64,000 bases of DNA from contig CAXXMR010000027.1 of assembly GCA_963663805.2 (NCBI GenBank), forward strand, positions 32,001 through 96,000, given 5' to 3'. Numbering within the stretch: position 1 is the first letter of the stretch; every line of letters starts with the position of its first letter. The position numbers were made by a program, and so were the translations under genes. Below are positions 58,590 through 64,000 of this stretch, piece by piece. Below the pieces are notes generated by a model. That model was not told the DNA's origin and ran no database searches. It worked only from the letters and a program-made list of their open reading frames with translations. This stretch comes from Sedimentisphaerales bacterium. Lineage in GTDB: Bacteria > Planctomycetota > Phycisphaerae > Sedimentisphaerales > SM23-30.

Positions 58590-61500
58590 ATGACCATTAA
58601 AGACCCCAATAAAGGCCCCATCGCCTGGATGGTCCAAAATCACGTGACCCCGAATCTGCTGATGCTCACCTTACTGATTGGCGGGTTCTATTTTGCCTCA
58701 CAAATCAAACAGGAAGTCTTTCCTGATTTTGAAATGGATATGGTGCGAATTTCCGTGCCCTACCCCGGCTCCACCCCGGAAGATGTTGAACAGGGCATCA
58801 TTCTTGTAATCGAAGAAGCCATCCGCGGGCTCGAAGGTGTCAAGGAAACCACCGCTACGGCCTCTGAGGGAGTCGGCGTTGTAACCGCTGAACTGCTGGA
58901 AGGAGCTAATCAGCAGCGGGTCTATCAGGACATAAAGCAGGAAATCGACCGCATAGTAACTTTCCCTGACGACGCCGAAGAACCCGAAGTTTCTATGGTC
59001 GTCCGCCGCCGGGAAGTAATAAATTTAATTCTTTACGGCGATGTGACCGAATGGGTTCTGCGTGAAATGGCAGAGCGTGTCCGCGACAGCCTGCTGCAAA
59101 GTCCGGGCATAACCCAGGTCGAGTTGGAAGGCGCTCGCGATTACGAAATCATGGTCGAAATCAATCAGGACACCCTGCGAACTTACGGCCTGACTCTTGA
59201 TACCGTCGCCAAAAAAATTGCCGCAACCGCGATTGAACTTCCCGGCGGTACAGTCGAGACTTCCGGCGGCGACATTCTCCTGCGTATGACCGAACGACGC
59301 GACTGGGCCCGGCAGTATGCCCAGATGCCGATTATCGTTACGCCGGCCGGCTCTGTTATTCGACTCGGTGAGATTGCCGAAGTTCGTGATGATTTCAAGG
59401 ATGTTGACCGGGAAGCGTATTTTGATGATATGCGGTCTATCGGCATTGAGGTATATCGCATCGGTGACCAGACCCCCATCGGGGTGGCTGACGCAACCCT
59501 GACAGCCATGGGGGAAATCGAGAACACGCTACCGAAAGGAATCAACTGGACCGTTGGTCGTGACATGTCCGACATCTACCGCCAGCGTCTGGAACTGCTG
59601 CTGAAAAACGCGGCCATGGGGCTGGTGCTGGTGCTGATATTGCTTGGGCTGTTTCTGGAAATCAAACTGGCCTTCTGGGTCACCATGGGGATTCCCATCT
59701 CGTTCCTGGGCAGTTTTTTGTTTTTGCCCTCAATAAGCGTAACCATCAACATGATTTCCATGTTCGCTTTTATCGTAGCGCTGGGCATCGTGGTTGACGA
59801 CGCGATCGTGGTCGGCGAAAACATCTACGAATATCGCAATCGCGGTATGACCTATCGCCAGGCGGCAATCCAGGGCGCACGCGATGTAATGGTCCCGGTA
59901 GTGTTCAGCATTCTAACCAATATTGTCGCGTTTCTGCCTTTGATGTTCATTCCGGGCTTCATGGGTAAAATCTGGATAGTAATTCCCATGGTGGTAATTA
60001 CGGTATTTTCCATTTCGCTATTTGAGTGTCTGTTCATCCTGCCGGCGCATCTGGCCCCGGAAAGACAAAAGCCCGACAAAGCGGTTTTACACTTTGTTCA
60101 TACCCACCAGCAGCGGTTCAGCAAATCGTATGAAAGATTCATCCAAAACCGGTTCGGCCCGTTTCTGGATTTTTGTATTAAGTGGCGTACTCTGACTTTG
60201 GCGGCATCTTTTGCTATCTTGATAATCGTAATTGGTTATGTCCTGGGCGGTCGTATCGGCACAACCCTGATGCCGCGGGTGGAGTCGGATTATTCGGTGG
60301 TAACCGCGACGTTGCCGGTGGGCTCGCCTCTGGAGCACAGCCGGTCCGTCAGTAGACGGCTGACTCAGGCGGCATATCGGCTTATCGAGAAAAACGGCGG
60401 CGAAAAACTTTCCAAAGGGGTATTCACCGAAATCAACGAAAACACGGTTGAAGCCCGCATATATTTAACCGAACCAGATATTCGCCCTATCAGCACTGCA
60501 AAAATTACGGAATTGTGGCGGCAGGCAGTAGGCGAAATCGCGGGCTTGCAGATGCTTCGTTTTGAAGCCGACCGGGGCGGTCCCGGCGGCGGTGCGTCAC
60601 TGACAGTCGAACTCAGTCATCGCAATATCGATGTTCTGGACCGGGCCAGTGCTGACCTGGCGGAAATCCTGGCGGACTTCCCCAATGTCAAAGACCTCGA
60701 CGACGGCTATACCCCCGGCAAAGAACAAATCGCCTTCAAAATCACCCCGGAAGGTCAGGCCCTGGGACTGACTGTTGCTGACATTGCCCGGCAGGTACGT
60801 TATGCGTTTTATGGTGCCGAGGCCCTGCGTCAGCAGCGTGGAAGAAATGAGGTCCGCGTTCGCGTAATACTGCCCGAAAATCAGCGTAACAGTGAATACG
60901 ATTTGGAGCAGCTCTTGATTACCACCAGCCAGGGCAAATATGTCCCGCTGATGCAGGTTGCCGAGGTCGAACGCGGTCGGTCATACACTTCAATCGATCG
61001 CCGCAATGCCCGACGAACAGTTACCGTCACCGCAAACGCGACACCCGACGAGGAAGCCACGCTGATTCAAGAAAAACTCAGCGTCGACATCCTGCCCAGG
61101 ATGTCACAAAAATATCCGGGCCTGTCTTACGGCTTCGAAGGCCGTCAGGCTGATATGGCCGAAAGCATGGGCAGTCTGGTCAGCGGATTTATCATCGCGA
61201 TTCTAATGATTTATGTGCTGCTAGCAATTCCGTTCAAAAGCTATTTTCAACCCATGATTGTTATGATGGCAATACCATTCGGCATTGTCGGCGCGGTTCT
61301 GGGCCATGTCATCATGGGTTACGGCAGTTTGAGCATAATGAGTTTGATGGGTATTGTCGCGCTTTCCGGCGTTGTGGTCAACGACTCACTTGTCCTGATT
61401 AGCACTGCCAATGAAATGCGTAAGCAGAGTAATCTCAGTGCTTTCGAAGCGATTCATCAGGCGGGGATAAGGCGTTTTCGCCCTATCATGCTGACCACCC

Positions 61501-61688
61501 TGACAACTTTCGGGGGGCTGAGCCCTATGATAATGGAAACTTCCCGGCAGGCCCGGTTTATGATTCCCATGGCAATATCACTTGGATTCGGCATTCTGTT
61601 TGCTACAGGAATTACCCTGGTGGTTGTACCATGCTTGTATATGGTGATTGAAGACTGGGGCCGTGGATTACGTAAGTTATTAGATTAG
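58590..61688 (+). CDS. RND efflux permease (AcrB family)
   Basis: GIVVDDAIVVGEN, GVVVNDS, RFRPIMLT; 1032 aa. Confidence 0.95.
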   Translation: MTIKDPNKGPIAWMVQNHVTPNLLMLTLLIGGFYFASQIKQEVFPDFEMDMVRISVPYPGSTPEDVEQGIILVIEEAIRGLEGVKETTATASEGVGVVTAELLEGANQQRVYQDIKQEIDRIVTFPDDAEEPEVSMVVRRREVINLILYGDVTEWVLREMAERVRDSLLQSPGITQVELEGARDYEIMVEINQDTLRTYGLTLDTVAKKIAATAIELPGGTVETSGGDILLRMTERRDWARQYAQMPIIVTPAGSVIRLGEIAEVRDDFKDVDREAYFDDMRSIGIEVYRIGDQTPIGVADATLTAMGEIENTLPKGINWTVGRDMSDIYRQRLELLLKNAAMGLVLVLILLGLFLEIKLAFWVTMGIPISFLGSFLFLPSISVTINMISMFAFIVALGIVVDDAIVVGENIYEYRNRGMTYRQAAIQGARDVMVPVVFSILTNIVAFLPLMFIPGFMGKIWIVIPMVVITVFSISLFECLFILPAHLAPERQKPDKAVLHFVHTHQQRFSKSYERFIQNRFGPFLDFCIKWRTLTLAASFAILIIVIGYVLGGRIGTTLMPRVESDYSVVTATLPVGSPLEHSRSVSRRLTQAAYRLIEKNGGEKLSKGVFTEINENTVEARIYLTEPDIRPISTAKITELWRQAVGEIAGLQMLRFEADRGGPGGGASLTVELSHRNIDVLDRASADLAEILADFPNVKDLDDGYTPGKEQIAFKITPEGQALGLTVADIARQVRYAFYGAEALRQQRGRNEVRVRVILPENQRNSEYDLEQLLITTSQGKYVPLMQVAEVERGRSYTSIDRRNARRTVTVTANATPDEEATLIQEKLSVDILPRMSQKYPGLSYGFEGRQADMAESMGSLVSGFIIAILMIYVLLAIPFKSYFQPMIVMMAIPFGIVGAVLGHVIMGYGSLSIMSLMGIVALSGVVVNDSLVLISTANEMRKQSNLSAFEAIHQAGIRRFRPIMLTTLTTFGGLSPMIMETSRQARFMIPMAISLGFGILFATGITLVVVPCLYMVIEDWGRGLRKLLD

Positions 61689-61704
61689 AGCATTTTACAA
61701 AAGG

Positions 61705-61741
61705 CAAGGAGGTCTTCCTCTATCCGAAGACGACCTCCTTG
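61705..61741. terminator. Hairpin after the RND operon
   Basis: CAAGGAGGTC...GACCTCCTTG; no U-tract. Confidence 0.5.
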
Positions 61742-61780
61742 AAGAGAGAAGAAGTTGCGATATTAATAGGCGCAGCGGAT

Positions 61781-61891
61781 AAAAAAAGCCTCGATTACCA
61801 CTCCCGCGCTTTTGGCCGGTTGGTGCCAGCCCTCTCGCCCTCTCCCTTAAAAGGGGTTTTTGTCATATCCAAAAACCAACTCCACTCAATA
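61781..61891 (-). ncRNA. Second candidate purine-rich small RNA
   Basis: TAGACA-17-TACAAT at 61926-61898, short hairpins, GGGAGAGGG motif, T7 end. Confidence 0.4.
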
Positions 61892-62090
61892 CCGCCCATT
61901 GTACGAAGTTGAAATCGCGGTGTCTATCGTGGTAATTACGGTATTTTTCAATTTTTTCAAAAAAACTGCGGTGCGTAAGTGCTTATTTTAGTCAGCCGAA
62001 AAGCGGGGGCATAAAGCTATTAATATCTGTCTGTTGCCGATTTGCATTCGGACCATTATAATGACGTTAGAATCTGATGAAAGGTGCTTG

Positions 62091-62360
62091 ATGAAATATA
62101 TTTTCGCCTTTATTGCCGGCCTGATAATGTTCTTCGCCACCACTTTCCTGACAGGAATGGGGTTTAGTGTCTTGCTGCCGGAGAGTTTTAACGGCCATTT
62201 CATCACACTCAACGCTATTGAGGTTAATATTCCTGGGATTGTTGGGATTATCCTCGGCGGGCTGGTAGCGACCAGCACTTTCCGGGCCTCATTAACCGCT
62301 AAAACCGGCAAGCTCTATCGCCCCAAAGAAGATAGCGAGAATCACACGCAGCAGCCGTAA
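62091..62360 (+). CDS. Small two-TM hypothetical protein
   Basis: MKYIFAFIAG...; two hydrophobic segments. Confidence 0.6.
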   Translation: MKYIFAFIAGLIMFFATTFLTGMGFSVLLPESFNGHFITLNAIEVNIPGIVGIILGGLVATSTFRASLTAKTGKLYRPKEDSENHTQQP

Positions 62361-62403
62361 CAGGATAAGAATACAAATCTGCCCGAATAAATCAGGAGCA
62401 GGC

Positions 62404-62928
62404 GTGCTGGAGTTTATTACCGACAGAGAGATATACGAACAGGTAATCTGTGAACAGGTGACACGGGCCCGCGATTTCGCCTGGATCGCCACAGCCGACA
62501 TAAAAGATATGTATGTCGAAAAAAACGGACGAAAGGTCCCGTTTCTGGAAATCCTTTCCGATCTGGTCGGTAATAACGTTGAACTGCGATTACTCCACGC
62601 CAAAGAGCCCGGCCCAGCCTTTAGGGAGGACTTCGACCGATACCCCAATTTGCTAAACGGACTGGAGAGAATTTTATGCCCCCGTGTACACTTCAAATCC
62701 GTAATCCTTGACGGCCGATTCGCCTATACCGGCTCAGCCAACCTCACCGGAGCAGGCATGGGTGCCAAAAGCCCAAACCGACGCAACTTTGAAAACGGCA
62801 TCATCACCGACGCCCCGGAAATCGTCGATAAAATCATGGAGCAGTTCGACCAGATTTGGCAGGGAGCAAATTGCCGGGCCTGTCAGCGTAAAAAATACTG
62901 CGCCGATTACAAAGACCTGCTCGCCTGA
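62404..62928 (+). CDS. Phospholipase D-like (single HKD) protein
   Basis: HFKSVILD...GSANLT...NFE; C-terminal CxxCxxxxxC. Confidence 0.85.
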   Translation: MLEFITDREIYEQVICEQVTRARDFAWIATADIKDMYVEKNGRKVPFLEILSDLVGNNVELRLLHAKEPGPAFREDFDRYPNLLNGLERILCPRVHFKSVILDGRFAYTGSANLTGAGMGAKSPNRRNFENGIITDAPEIVDKIMEQFDQIWQGANCRACQRKKYCADYKDLLA

Positions 62929-62987
62929 TTAGTATTGCTGTTCATAGCGGAAAAAAAGCGAACAGTTAAGTCCGCCTTATTATTTGA

Positions 62988-64000
62988 CTATTCTGTTTTC
63001 GGCATTTCTACCAGATTTTCAACTTTGATAATCCGCGTACCGCTTATCGGGTCAACCTCTGCCAAGCCAATAATGGAAACATCCTTATCAACCCATCCCC
63101 CCAAATCAAGCTGGTCATGGGCTGGCACGACATAGGCTTCGATTTCGCCCTGCTTGTTGAAAATCAGGTAGCGACGATTGTCGGTAGGTGCCGTAAAAAT
63201 CGCCGAGGCCACGAGTTTGCCCTGCAAGGCCATCTCTTGGGGATTATCGGCTGAGGCACTGACCGCGACGAGACTTTCGACTCTTTCGTCAATCTTCGCC
63301 AGAGACTGAGCCAGCAGCTTATCCTGCTGCTGCGACTGCTGGACAGCCGCAACCGCCAGTTCATTACGATTGACAAGCCGGGAAAGACTGCTCAGTGACC
63401 CCTTGATTGAGGGCAGTTTGGTCTTCTCGGACAAATCGGCAATCGCCTGGCGAACAGCTGCGAAATCCTGACTTGCCAGCGGCTTGGCAATCTCGGCCTG
63501 ATAAAGTGCGACCGTGTTACGATAAAGCTTACGGTCCAGGTCAGCCTCGGTCAGCACACCCGGAGCGTGCGGGCCGTCGCCCAGAACTTTTTCTCTGGCG
63601 GCATTGACGTATTCCCGAATTGCGTCTTTGTCAGCCCCGCCGGTCCGTTCGATAAAATCCAGTGCCACCCAGAAATAAGTGTCCGGCGGACAGACAATTT
63701 CGTAATATTCATCGCGTTCACCAATAATATGTACCAAATCGCCCTTGTTCAGCTTGGTCTGGACCACATCGGCATTTGCCGGCGGAACCTTGATGCTGCC
63801 CGCCCGAACCCGGACATTCTCACCTGTAATCACGCCGAGCTTAGTCGCTTTTGTCGCTTCTTCGGCCTCTGCCGCAGCGGGCATATCTTTGATTTCTACA
63901 AACTGTTTGGCGATATAACTGAAACATTCGGGGGTAGGATAAATCTGGGCAAAACCCTGCTTAACGTTATTAACAATAACGCTGCTGCCCTTTTTCAGCT
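62988..64000 (-). CDS. SH3b-domain protein, partial (starts beyond the window)
   Basis: GENVRVRAG...LNKGDLVHIIGERDEYYEI...FWV; frame open to the right edge. Confidence 0.75.
   Translation of the reverse strand, partial: LKKGSSVIVNNVKQGFAQIYPTPECFSYIAKQFVEIKDMPAAAEAEEATKATKLGVITGENVRVRAGSIKVPPANADVVQTKLNKGDLVHIIGERDEYYEIVCPPDTYFWVALDFIERTGGADKDAIREYVNAAREKVLGDGPHAPGVLTEADLDRKLYRNTVALYQAEIAKPLASQDFAAVRQAIADLSEKTKLPSIKGSLSSLSRLVNRNELAVAAVQQSQQQDKLLAQSLAKIDERVESLVAVSASADNPQEMALQGKLVASAIFTAPTDNRRYLIFNKQGEIEAYVVPAHDQLDLGGWVDKDVSIIGLAEVDPISGTRIIKVENLVEMPKTE

Noticed and set aside
62404..62928. PLD-nuclease anti-phage system
   Set aside because: Single small HKD gene with no helicase, methylase or other defence partner adjacent
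1..64000. CRISPR array, rRNA, retron or DGR reverse transcriptase
   Set aside because: No regularly spaced repeats, rRNA-like sequence or RT motifs seen by eye

Overview
Bacterial chromosome window, most likely a Planctomycetota (Phycisphaerae/Sedimentisphaerales-like) genome. This is inferred from DUF1559-type pseudopilins, PEP-CTERM proteins and dockerin-like tails. Layout: (1) 1-7.7 kb, a filamentous-phage (inovirus) prophage with TraX-like acyltransferase, pI/Zot ATPase, pVI, pIII, four small coat-like genes, HUH Rep with an internal nick site, SSB and HTH regulators. It ends at an attP-like site built on a tRNA-fMet 3' half, followed by a tyrosine integrase. (2) 9-15.7 kb, IS debris (IS21, a frameshifting transposase fragment, IS66) and a tailed-phage portal remnant. 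(3) 15.8-30.5 kb and 38.4-49.5 kb, two parallel XylR-associated glycan-utilisation loci with sialidase-like enzymes, dockerin-like/PEP-CTERM surface proteins and a pseudopilin. (4) An IS1634-family element whose non-coding ends carry sequences matching the flanking host DNA in a split direct+inverted arrangement reminiscent of IS110 bridge/seek RNA guides; this is the top finding and is an untested inference from one copy. (5) Housekeeping genes pckG, coaD, queD, mcsA, frameshifted mcsB and rnr, a TetR-RND efflux operon, a PLD-domain protein and an SH3-like protein, plus two candidate purine-rich sRNAs. All calls are by eye; no database searches were run.
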